NCBI GenBank assembly: GCA_963664395.2 | Contig: OY761159.2 | Location: 4,288,001-4,352,000, forward strand | Length of the DNA: 64,000 nt | Direction of reading: 5' to 3' | From: Candidatus Binatia bacterium | GTDB taxonomy: Bacteria; Desulfobacterota; Binatia; Bin18 | Shown here: piece after piece, positions 10,063-18,289 of the stretch | Layout: each line of letters begins with the position of its first letter | Position numbering within the stretch: the stretch's first letter is position 1 | Notes under the pieces: model-generated | What the model saw: the letters and a program-made list of their open reading frames with translations, nothing else | Told to the model about the DNA's origin: nothing | Database searches by the model: none | Program-made: the position numbers and the translations under genes

Positions 10063-10866
10063 ATGGCGGCAGACACCACAACCGTAACGGACATCACCGG
10101 TGCAGCCGAACGGCAACGTCGGCTCGAACTCAAGGAGCTGCTGAACAAGAAATACAAGTGGCTTGGTTGGAAGTGGGATCTTGTCTTCTGGACGACGGCT
10201 ATTTTCGTAGTTGCCGGTGCCGCTGACATCACCAAGCAGCTGTTTGCCGGTGACTGGGATCACTGGACGGATTGGAAAGATCAGCAGTGGTGGCCGGTGA
10301 TCACGGCTTTTGCCACGATTATCATTCCGTCGGCGCTCCAGTACATTCAGTGGGCAGCTTGGCGATTCCCGACTGGCGCGACCTACACCGCCTGCTGTCT
10401 CTTTCTGGCTGCCTGGGCCGGGCGTTATTTCCAGTGGGACTTGGCGGCCAACTATCCGCTGAATTTCGTGTGGCCGGCCTCCGTCGTCTGCGCTGGAATC
10501 CTGATGGACTGGACCTTAATGAAGACCAAGAGTTTTATCCTCACCTCGTTAATCGGTGCCCATGTCTGGGCGATCGCGGTGTGGGCCTATAATTACGTCC
10601 CCTTAGCCGCCTTTCTCCAGCCGGCCTATTTCATGGACCATGTGGTGACGGTTGCCGACGTCCAGGGCATTGCCTATATCCGCTCCCAGACGCCGGAATA
10701 CCTCCGGCTTATTGAGCGGGGTGCGTTGCGGAGTTTCCTGGGCGAGACGCAATACGTTTCCCTGGCCTTTGGGGGAACGGCGGCCTTTGTTGGCTACTGG
10801 ATCGGTCAGTTTATTGGCCGTTATCTGGCGGTATGGCCTATTCGGCGTTATCTGAAGATCGTGTGA
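10063..10866 (+). CDS. xmoA: Copper membrane monooxygenase subunit A (PmoA/AmoA family)
   Basis: GDWDHWTDWKD, RFPTGAT, YPLNFVWP and ADVQGIAYIRSQTPEYLRLIERGALRSF motifs; start 10057 GTG or 10063 ATG. Confidence 0.93.
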   Translation: MAADTTTVTDITGAAERQRRLELKELLNKKYKWLGWKWDLVFWTTAIFVVAGAADITKQLFAGDWDHWTDWKDQQWWPVITAFATIIIPSALQYIQWAAWRFPTGATYTACCLFLAAWAGRYFQWDLAANYPLNFVWPASVVCAGILMDWTLMKTKSFILTSLIGAHVWAIAVWAYNYVPLAAFLQPAYFMDHVVTVADVQGIAYIRSQTPEYLRLIERGALRSFLGETQYVSLAFGGTAAFVGYWIGQFIGRYLAVWPIRRYLKIV

Positions 10867-10867
10867 G

Positions 10868-11227
10868 ATGAATATTATGTGCGGCATGTCTTTCAAACGT
10901 CAGCAATCTGCCCGGTATGTCAGCGTCTTCTCTTTCTTCATCGCGCTGCTTGCCGGTGTGTCTCTCTATCCTTCCCTCGCGCATGCCCACGGTATGAACG
11001 CCGCTGAAATGGCCCCGCCTATTATTACCGCGGGCATACTGGCGTTCGTCTGCTACTGGCTCGTGGTTTTGTGGCCGGCATCGAAAGGTGCCGAAACCGG
11101 CCTGCAGTGGCCGCCGGAAACGGACCGGGCTATTCGCATCAAACGCAAGCCTCGCTTACGGGTCATAGAAACGAAGCCTCAGCTCCCGGACGAACAGCCT
11201 GAGAGCAGGCAGGTGGCCGATGGCTAA
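10868..11227 (+). CDS. Small uncharacterised membrane protein between xmoA and xmoB
   Basis: Starts 1 nt after the xmoA stop and overlaps the xmoB start by 8 nt; signal peptide ending AHA, mature HGMNAAEM, one TM helix, basic tail. Confidence 0.7.
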   Translation: MNIMCGMSFKRQQSARYVSVFSFFIALLAGVSLYPSLAHAHGMNAAEMAPPIITAGILAFVCYWLVVLWPASKGAETGLQWPPETDRAIRIKRKPRLRVIETKPQLPDEQPESRQVADG

Positions 11228-12479
11228 GCGGTTCGTGATCGGTAGTGTCGGCGTGTTAGGCGTCATCCTGGCCGTTGTCGTCGCCAAGACGCCCAGCGCC
11301 TTTGCCCATGGTGAGGCTGCCGACGAACCGTTCTTGAAAAACATGACTACGGCTTTCTTCAACGTCAGCGTTTCGCCGACCGAAATCGAGGTGGGAGAGC
11401 CGGTCAAGGTGACGGGCTCGGTCAAAATCCTCGAGACCTGGCCGCATACGCTGGAGACCCCGGAAATCGCTTCCATCATGCCGGTCGTCCCCGGGCCGGT
11501 CTTTGTACTCAGGGAGCGTTTTGTCAACGGAACGGCCGCCATCGGCTCGTTTTTCGCCCAAAAGGGGGACATTTACGAGTTTGAAATGGAGCTGGTTGGC
11601 AAAGAGCCAGGGGACTGGCATGTGCATCCCGGTATCGCCATCTATGGGACCGGTACCCTGATTGGGCCTGGCGAATGGGTTAAAGTCAAACCAAGTGCTG
11701 AACCCTTCTCATTCCCGCTCACACTGATGTCTGGTGAGACGATTGAACTCGGTACGTATGGAGGATCATTCGTCTGGTGGTGGTCGTTTGCCGGATTTGT
11801 CTTGGGGGTTATCTGGATACTGTACTGGACGACGAATAAAAGAACGGTGACCAATCTCGCAGTCACTGTCCAGCTGCCAGTGAATGACGATGCCCCCGAT
11901 ATTGGCCTCATCACGCCGCGTGACCATATGTGGATGAATGTTATCGTTGGCGTGACCCTGGTTATGCTGGTTGTCGGTTGGACGTATGCCACATCAAATG
12001 CGCCAGTTCGCTGGCCGCAGCAAACGGACTGGTTTACTCCGGAATTCATTTCTTCTGGTGAGAAAATTGTTGAGGCCCGGGCCAGCGGGGCGACGTATGA
12101 CGAAGCGAGTGAAACGCTTGAGATGAAGGTCCAAGTGACGAATGTTGTTGAGAGCGACATCGAACTCAAGCAACTGACTATAGCGATGGCGACCTTCGTG
12201 AACGGACCGGAAGCCGAACAGGCGAAAGCCGGTCCGAGTGATTTTGTTGGTCGGCTCGAAGTCCAGCCGGACGGGCCGATTGCTCCGGGCGAAAATAAAG
12301 AGCTGACCCTGACTATTTCAAGTAGTATTTTCAGCGAAGAGCGTCTCATCCCGACGCAAGCACCGCAGCAGTTTATTGGCGCAGTCTTACGCTTTGAGAA
12401 TGGGAACGACGGTCATGAGTTAGTGACGGTCCGTTCAAACGTCGTCCCCACTCAGTTCCGTTCTACCTATCTGCCATAA
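11220..12479 (+). CDS. xmoB: Copper membrane monooxygenase subunit B (PmoB/AmoB family)
   Basis: Signal peptide then AHGE, PGPVFV, GDWHVHP, GPGEWV, two central TM helices, PIAPGE and ERL motifs. Confidence 0.93.
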   Translation: MAKRFVIGSVGVLGVILAVVVAKTPSAFAHGEAADEPFLKNMTTAFFNVSVSPTEIEVGEPVKVTGSVKILETWPHTLETPEIASIMPVVPGPVFVLRERFVNGTAAIGSFFAQKGDIYEFEMELVGKEPGDWHVHPGIAIYGTGTLIGPGEWVKVKPSAEPFSFPLTLMSGETIELGTYGGSFVWWWSFAGFVLGVIWILYWTTNKRTVTNLAVTVQLPVNDDAPDIGLITPRDHMWMNVIVGVTLVMLVVGWTYATSNAPVRWPQQTDWFTPEFISSGEKIVEARASGATYDEASETLEMKVQVTNVVESDIELKQLTIAMATFVNGPEAEQAKAGPSDFVGRLEVQPDGPIAPGENKELTLTISSSIFSEERLIPTQAPQQFIGAVLRFENGNDGHELVTVRSNVVPTQFRSTYLP

Positions 12480-12520
12480 GCTCCAGAGCGGGGACAGACC
12501 TCCCCGCGGGTGGAGCCTCG

Positions 12521-13093
12521 TTGGACAGCGTTGTGAAACTCTTCTCCCTTGTTGCCATGCTCCTCGTCCCAACGGGAGCATGGGGACATGGGGGTGTCGC
12601 CATGGATATGGACCCCTGCATAGAGCGGGCCGGCGCCTATCTGATCCATTTTTCTGCCTACCAGCCGCAAGAGTACGCAACCGAAGAATTCTGTCGGAGC
12701 GTTCCTCTGACCGGGAGTACGATTCTCGTTTTTGATCTGATTGATCCCGAATTGCGCAAGAAATCAGCTGCGGTGCGCATTATTAAGGAAACCAATACTG
12801 CTGAACCTCGACTGTTGCTCGATATCCCGGCACGGGTGTATCCCAGCGGCGTGGTGAATGCTGAAGTCCATTTTGACACACCTGGCCAGTATACGGCCCT
12901 GATGACGCTTGACGGGGTTGATGGGTCTGTGCGGTTTCCCATTCGAGTCGCTTCACTCTCAAATACCATGCTGGTCCTGATCGCGGGCCTGATCATCGGC
13001 TGCGGCGCTGGCTATTATGTCGTCGGTGGCAAACTCGGTTGGCCACCGTTTTCGGTGAAAAAGGTTCCGTCACTCACATTGGTCAAGGGATAG
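12521..13093 (+). CDS. pmoD: PmoD/AmoD-like copper protein (copy 2)
   Basis: HGGVAMDMDPC-x7-LIHFSAYQP...EEFCRSVPLTGSTILVFD, YPSGVV, C-terminal TM; TTG start. Confidence 0.8.
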   Translation: MDSVVKLFSLVAMLLVPTGAWGHGGVAMDMDPCIERAGAYLIHFSAYQPQEYATEEFCRSVPLTGSTILVFDLIDPELRKKSAAVRIIKETNTAEPRLLLDIPARVYPSGVVNAEVHFDTPGQYTALMTLDGVDGSVRFPIRVASLSNTMLVLIAGLIIGCGAGYYVVGGKLGWPPFSVKKVPSLTLVKG

Positions 13094-13151
13094 GTGCGAA
13101 ACCACCTATCCCCCCTTTTCCTAACGCTCTGTTCACAGTACATATTGAACG

Positions 13152-14846
13152 ATGTGGCTGCGTGGTCTTCTCTTTTTCTGCCTTCTTCTGAGTGTACTCG
13201 CTATCGGTACGCTTTTTCTGCTTCCTCGTGCCTGGCTCCCCCGCCCGATACAAGACTTTGCGTATCAATATATCGGCGAAGAGTCCTACCAAAAGCCGCC
13301 TCCCAGTCGCGAAATAAGCCCTGTCAGTGTGGAGCCATTTTGTCTGGACAGACACCCAGACTGGCGGAAACCTCAGACTATTGAGGGCGTTGCCGTGGAA
13401 GCATCACCGGTTTGTGATCCAGATAATCCAGCCGACATTGCGGCCTTTGTCAAAGGGACGAATAATATTGCTCTGCACACGCTCATGGAGACGCGGCTCA
13501 CGCCCAATACGGTGGTGAAGGAGAACGACCGAGACGGGGATGGCGACCCGGATGAGATTCACATCCGACTTGAAGTCATAGAATTGAACGGACACTCACC
13601 GGATGACCCCGCCCCATTCCCCGCCTATTTCATTGCGCCTGGCGTACAGCCCGGGCTGTGGGTTTTTGCTCCAAAATCACGCGGCATGGCGACGGAGAAT
13701 TTTGAAAGTGAACAGGCGCACCCGACCTTGAGAGCCCCGTCTCCGGTGATTCGTATAGAGCAGGGTGATACGCTCCGGGTGACCTTGGAGAATACACACT
13801 ATCTGCCGCATACCATTCACTTCCATGGGGTTGACCATCCCTTTGTTGACGCCGCCGGCGAGGGAAACGACGGTGTTCCCATTGTGAGTGAAATGCCAGT
13901 CACACCAGGGGAGAGTCGCACCTATGAGATGACCCCGCGTCAAACGGGCACGATGTTTTACCACTGCCACGTCCAACCTCATGTCCATATTCTGATGGGA
14001 CTCCAGGGCATGTTTGTTGTTGAAGAGAACCGGCCGAATAACTGGCTCCAAACGCTCAATATTGGAGCCGGTCGGGTGCGCGCTGTCTCTGCGGCAGTCA
14101 GAGAGTCGTATGATCGGGAATTCGACCTGCACTACCAAGACATCGACCCGGCGTTGAATAACATTATTCAGACCGCGACGGATCCCAGATTAATCGCCGA
14201 AGCGACGAATCGGGGTTATGACATTACGGATCAAGAACCTGACTATTTCTTACTAAACGGACGGTCATTTCCCTATACGACCCGCGAGTCGCTTGTTGTT
14301 GTTGCCCCAAATGAACGGGTCAAACTGCGTGTCCTCAACGGCGGAGCGGAAGGAATCTCTCTGCATACGCATGGGCATAAAGTCAAAATCACGCATTATG
14401 ACGGCGTCGAACATAATCCGGCTGCTCAAATCACCCGCGATGTGGTATGGCTGAGCCCCGCCCAACGGGTAGATCTTCTCCTCAATACAACTGATGACGG
14501 ACTGCATAATTATGGGCAAGGCATCTGGCTGCTCCACGACCATAAGGAAAAGGCCATCACAACTGATGGGATCAACCCTGGTGGCAATATCAGTGCCATT
14601 GTCTATCAGGATTACTTGGACGCATCCGGTCAGCCGAAAACGCAGGGGATGGATTGGGCGCCGTTTTTCACCAAGGAGTATTATCAAAAAAAGCTTCCCA
14701 TCTGGGCTGGCCTGGAGGACTTTAACCTTTTTGGAGAGGCGGGTACTCGTTCCCTGCCCTTGAGTTCCGCACTCATACTCGGGATAGGTATCGGCTTCCT
14801 CATCGGCGCGGCTTGTGCCTTTGGGCGATTTACCCGACGCCGATGA
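13152..14846 (+). CDS. Membrane-anchored two-domain multicopper oxidase
   Basis: HTIHFHG and YHCHVQPHVHILMGL (type 1 Cu) in domain 1; LHTHGH and WLLHDH in domain 2; hydrophobic N- and C-terminal segments. Confidence 0.88.
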   Translation: MWLRGLLFFCLLLSVLAIGTLFLLPRAWLPRPIQDFAYQYIGEESYQKPPPSREISPVSVEPFCLDRHPDWRKPQTIEGVAVEASPVCDPDNPADIAAFVKGTNNIALHTLMETRLTPNTVVKENDRDGDGDPDEIHIRLEVIELNGHSPDDPAPFPAYFIAPGVQPGLWVFAPKSRGMATENFESEQAHPTLRAPSPVIRIEQGDTLRVTLENTHYLPHTIHFHGVDHPFVDAAGEGNDGVPIVSEMPVTPGESRTYEMTPRQTGTMFYHCHVQPHVHILMGLQGMFVVEENRPNNWLQTLNIGAGRVRAVSAAVRESYDREFDLHYQDIDPALNNIIQTATDPRLIAEATNRGYDITDQEPDYFLLNGRSFPYTTRESLVVVAPNERVKLRVLNGGAEGISLHTHGHKVKITHYDGVEHNPAAQITRDVVWLSPAQRVDLLLNTTDDGLHNYGQGIWLLHDHKEKAITTDGINPGGNISAIVYQDYLDASGQPKTQGMDWAPFFTKEYYQKKLPIWAGLEDFNLFGEAGTRSLPLSSALILGIGIGFLIGAACAFGRFTRRR

Positions 14847-15580
14847 GGGAATACCAAATGGATTTCTTTCTGAGGAAGAATGATTATAGGGGGACGGTGG
14901 CGTCCGGGAGAAGGCAGCTCCATAGGGCCGTCTCTACACTGATTGTCTATACCGTGTCCACATTGCTTTCCGGCGCGATCGGCTCGGCTCAAGAGCATGC
15001 TCATCACCATAAACATCATGGGATGCAGCTCGATACTGCGGGTATGGTGATGAATGAAAATACGGACCAGCTCCCCCGGGGCTGCCCCCGCATTTCAGGT
15101 GAGCACGAGCTTACCGTTCGTGCCGGAAAAGAATTTGCCCACCCAGGGACGATGTTCGCGTATGATCGGAACGAATGGGATTTTAAGCCATGTACGAAAC
15201 TCACGGTGACGCTCATTAATACGGACAGTGTTCGTCACCAGTGGATGCTGCACGGCCTTCCGCGCTATATCTACCCCCAGGGCATGTTTACGCTTGAAGT
15301 CGCGGGCAAAGGGCAGCGGACAGGTACCTTTATCCTTCCGCCCGGAGACAAGACCTATCTGGTGCACTGTGATGTTCCTCAGCATATGGAAAAGGGAATG
15401 AAGGCCCAGCTCAAGGTCGGGGCTGGAAATGGGGATCTGCCCAGCATTCCCGGGGTGACCGGACCGCGTCTGCGGGACCCGTATTCAATGGCCTGGAACT
15501 GGTGGACGCATGGTGCTGTCTTTGTATTCGGTATCGTCAGTATGATCTTCGTGGGAAGAAGGTTGCGCCTTTTTCCCTAG
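14843..15580 (+). CDS. Cupredoxin (type 1 blue-copper) protein with His-rich N-terminus and C-terminal TM anchor
   Basis: HAHHHKHHGM; HQWMLHG and HCDVPQHMEKGM (C-x4-H-x4-M); ATGA overlap with the MCO stop. Confidence 0.8.
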   Translation: MREYQMDFFLRKNDYRGTVASGRRQLHRAVSTLIVYTVSTLLSGAIGSAQEHAHHHKHHGMQLDTAGMVMNENTDQLPRGCPRISGEHELTVRAGKEFAHPGTMFAYDRNEWDFKPCTKLTVTLINTDSVRHQWMLHGLPRYIYPQGMFTLEVAGKGQRTGTFILPPGDKTYLVHCDVPQHMEKGMKAQLKVGAGNGDLPSIPGVTGPRLRDPYSMAWNWWTHGAVFVFGIVSMIFVGRRLRLFP

Positions 15581-15685
15581 GAGTTCGGGGCGTCATATGC
15601 CCTCTTTCTCTTGACCTCCAGTCTAAAAATAAGTAGGGTTCGACCACATTTTTCGATTGTCAATTACTCCGAGGAGGCATTATCC

Positions 15686-17398
15686 ATGCGAGGTTACTGG
15701 TTGTCGATATTTTTACAGGTGGCAGTCTCTCTCATGCTTCTCTCTCCAACCGCACTTTACGCTGACGCGCCTGCCAAGAACGCTGACGCGCTTCAGCCGG
15801 TTACGCACGAGCGTTTGGTCAAAGGAACGGCCAACTACGCTGACTGGCTGATGTACGGTGGGAATTATGAAGGCTGGCGATTTAGTCCCCTAACGGATAT
15901 TGACCGCCAGAATGTCAAAAAACTCCAGGCCGCCTGGATTTTTCAAACCGGGGTGCCAGCCCAAATGCAAGCCTCACCCGTGGTTGCCGATGGCGTGATG
16001 TATCTTACCGCGGCCTACAACAAGCTCTTTGCTTTAGACGCCGTAACTGGCAAACCGCTCTGGAAATATGACCATGATCTGCCGGACGATCTGCGGATTT
16101 GCTGCGGACCGGGCAACCGGGGAGCTGCGCTGGCTGGGGATAAGGTCATTATGGCCACGCTGGATGCGCGTATTGTCGCACTCAACAGGAAAACCGGTGC
16201 AGTCGTGTGGAATACCCAAGCCGACGACTATGCCGACGGCTTCAGCTTTACCCTGTCACCACTGATTGTTCGAGACAACGTCATTGTTGGTATTGCGGGC
16301 GGTGAATACGGTATTCGCGGCTATATTGATGCCTATGATCTTAAGACCGGAAAACGCAAATGGCGTCGTTATACGGTGCCTGACGAAGGCGAGCCTGGTG
16401 CCGAGACCTGGGCTGGTGATTCGTATAAACAAGGCGGCGGACCGGCTTGGGTGACTGGCTCGTATGATGCGGATCTTGACCTGGTTTATTGGGCAACGGG
16501 TAATCCGGCCCCGGACTGGAACGGGGATGGACGTGAGGGTGATAATCTCTACACCAACTCGGTGTTAGCTCTTGAGCCTGATAGCGGTGAGATCAAATGG
16601 TACTTCCAATTCACCCCGCACGACGTCTGGGACTATGATGGCAACACGGGGATATTTCTGCTCGACGTGATGCGCAGTGGCCAGTCTGTCAAAGCCTTAG
16701 CCCAGCCCAATCGGAACGGATATATGTATGTCCTTAATCGTGGGGATGGAAAGTTCCTGCACGGCTCCCAATACGTTGAGCAGCTCAACTGGGCGAAAGG
16801 GCTGGACGAAAATGGCCGGCCGCTTATTGACCCCAAGTATGTTCCCATGGAGGGAGGCAATCCTGAATTAATCTGTCCCGGGAATGCGGGGGGACAAAAC
16901 GGATCGTATGCTGCGGCCTACAGCCCGCTTGCCAATCTCATCTTTGTCCCGACGATTGAGAGTTGCGGAAAAATGGAAAAGGCCAAATCTATTTTCATCA
17001 AAGGCATCCCATTCTGGGGCGGGGGGCCTGGACAAACGCAGGGCGACCTCGGCACAGCATACGGTCACGTCACGGCCATAGACCCCACCAGGGGTGAAGT
17101 GAAGTGGCGCTATAAGGACGAGTGGCCGATGGTTGGTGGGGCACTCGCTACAGCCGGGGGACTCGTATTTACCGGCAACCAAAAGGGATTCGCTCTTGCC
17201 TTGGATGACGCGACGGGTGCGGTCTTGTGGAGGTTCCAAACTGGCTCGGCTGTTCGGGGACAACCGATTACATACAAAGTTGGTGGTAAACAATATGTTG
17301 CTGTTCCCAGTGGCGCCGGGGGGTTGGTCGTGGATATCGTCGGTAAATATCCCCAAACAACACCGGGTAGCTCTGTTGTGGTATTTGCGCTCCCGTGA
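15686..17398 (+). CDS. PQQ-dependent alcohol dehydrogenase, putative lanthanide-binding type
   Basis: Signal peptide, vicinal CC (RICCGPGNRG), GGEYGIRG, WATGNPAP, FTPHDVWDYDGN; no CxxCH haem motif; GAGGAGG RBS. Confidence 0.92.
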   Translation: MRGYWLSIFLQVAVSLMLLSPTALYADAPAKNADALQPVTHERLVKGTANYADWLMYGGNYEGWRFSPLTDIDRQNVKKLQAAWIFQTGVPAQMQASPVVADGVMYLTAAYNKLFALDAVTGKPLWKYDHDLPDDLRICCGPGNRGAALAGDKVIMATLDARIVALNRKTGAVVWNTQADDYADGFSFTLSPLIVRDNVIVGIAGGEYGIRGYIDAYDLKTGKRKWRRYTVPDEGEPGAETWAGDSYKQGGGPAWVTGSYDADLDLVYWATGNPAPDWNGDGREGDNLYTNSVLALEPDSGEIKWYFQFTPHDVWDYDGNTGIFLLDVMRSGQSVKALAQPNRNGYMYVLNRGDGKFLHGSQYVEQLNWAKGLDENGRPLIDPKYVPMEGGNPELICPGNAGGQNGSYAAAYSPLANLIFVPTIESCGKMEKAKSIFIKGIPFWGGGPGQTQGDLGTAYGHVTAIDPTRGEVKWRYKDEWPMVGGALATAGGLVFTGNQKGFALALDDATGAVLWRFQTGSAVRGQPITYKVGGKQYVAVPSGAGGLVVDIVGKYPQTTPGSSVVVFALP

Positions 17399-17441
17399 GC
17401 GCTAGAGCTGAGCCAAGATCAGTCAAAGATAAATCAGAGGT

Positions 17442-17471
17442 GGAGAGGCGCAGCATGGCCCCTCCTTTTTT
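17442..17471 (+). terminator. Probable intrinsic terminator closing the CuMMO-ADH locus
   Basis: GGAGAGGC/GCCCCTCC stem (1 mismatch) followed by T6, between convergent genes. Confidence 0.55.
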
Positions 17472-17494
17472 GTTGCGTACGCTCAATACCAGCC

Positions 17495-18121
17495 CTAACC
17501 CAAAACTTGCATAATGCGCTGGCTGACCTCATCCGGAGCCGCGTTGCCATCCACCCGTTTAAGAATCCCTTGGGCTTCATAAAAAGGGACAATAGGCGCC
17601 GTTTCCGAGTGGTATTTTTCGAGCCTGGCTCGACAGGCTTCTTCGGTATCGTCCTTGCGCTGAATCACCCGACCGGCAATAGCTGCCGGCGGCGGCTTGA
17701 ATTTAATATGGTAAATATCTCCGGTATCGGGGTCCATGCGTCGACCGGTAATGCGTTCAACAATTAAATCGTCCGGGACTTCAATTTGCAGCACCACATC
17801 CAAGGCAACCCCGGCTTTGTGCAGTTCGGCCTCCAGGGCCTCGGCCTGGGGTCGGGTGCGCGGAAAACCGTCTAGCATAAATCCTTTTATGCAGTCCGGT
17901 TTTTCAATACGCTCTATCACCATCGCAATGACGAGCTCATCAGGCACCAATCCACCTGCCTTCATATATCCGTCTGCCTGCTTGCCTAACCCTGTCCCTT
18001 CACTCACAGCAGCGCGTAGCATATCACCGGTTGAGATATGGGAAATCTTGAACTGCTCGACGAGATGAACAGCCTGTGTCCCTTTGCCTGCCCCCGGTGG
18101 CCCAACTAAAATCATCCGCAT
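17495..18121 (-). CDS. adk: Adenylate kinase
   Basis: GPPGAGKGTQ, HISTGDMLR, LDGFPRT and QRKDD motifs; GGAGG RBS before ATG 18121. Confidence 0.97.
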   Translation of the reverse strand: MRMILVGPPGAGKGTQAVHLVEQFKISHISTGDMLRAAVSEGTGLGKQADGYMKAGGLVPDELVIAMVIERIEKPDCIKGFMLDGFPRTRPQAEALEAELHKAGVALDVVLQIEVPDDLIVERITGRRMDPDTGDIYHIKFKPPPAAIAGRVIQRKDDTEEACRARLEKYHSETAPIVPFYEAQGILKRVDGNAAPDEVSQRIMQVLG

Positions 18122-18289
18122 AGGTGTCAATCCTCCCTCTAGCGACAGCGAGCTGTCGCCTGAAATCATGAAGATGTCAGGAATACTATCGAAGAACACG
18201 GTGAAAGAACACTGTCACTGCTAGGCGTGCCAAGAAGCTCGTGCTAGGGTCGGGGGCTCTTTACCAAAAAGAAAGAGAGGGAGGGATAC

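Noticed and set aside
9152-12479. Calling the CuMMO a methane or ammonia monooxygenase (pmoCAB/amoCAB)
   Set aside because: Family membership is clear, but the sequences are divergent and no hao, mxa or C1-pathway genes are in the window, so the substrate cannot be assigned.
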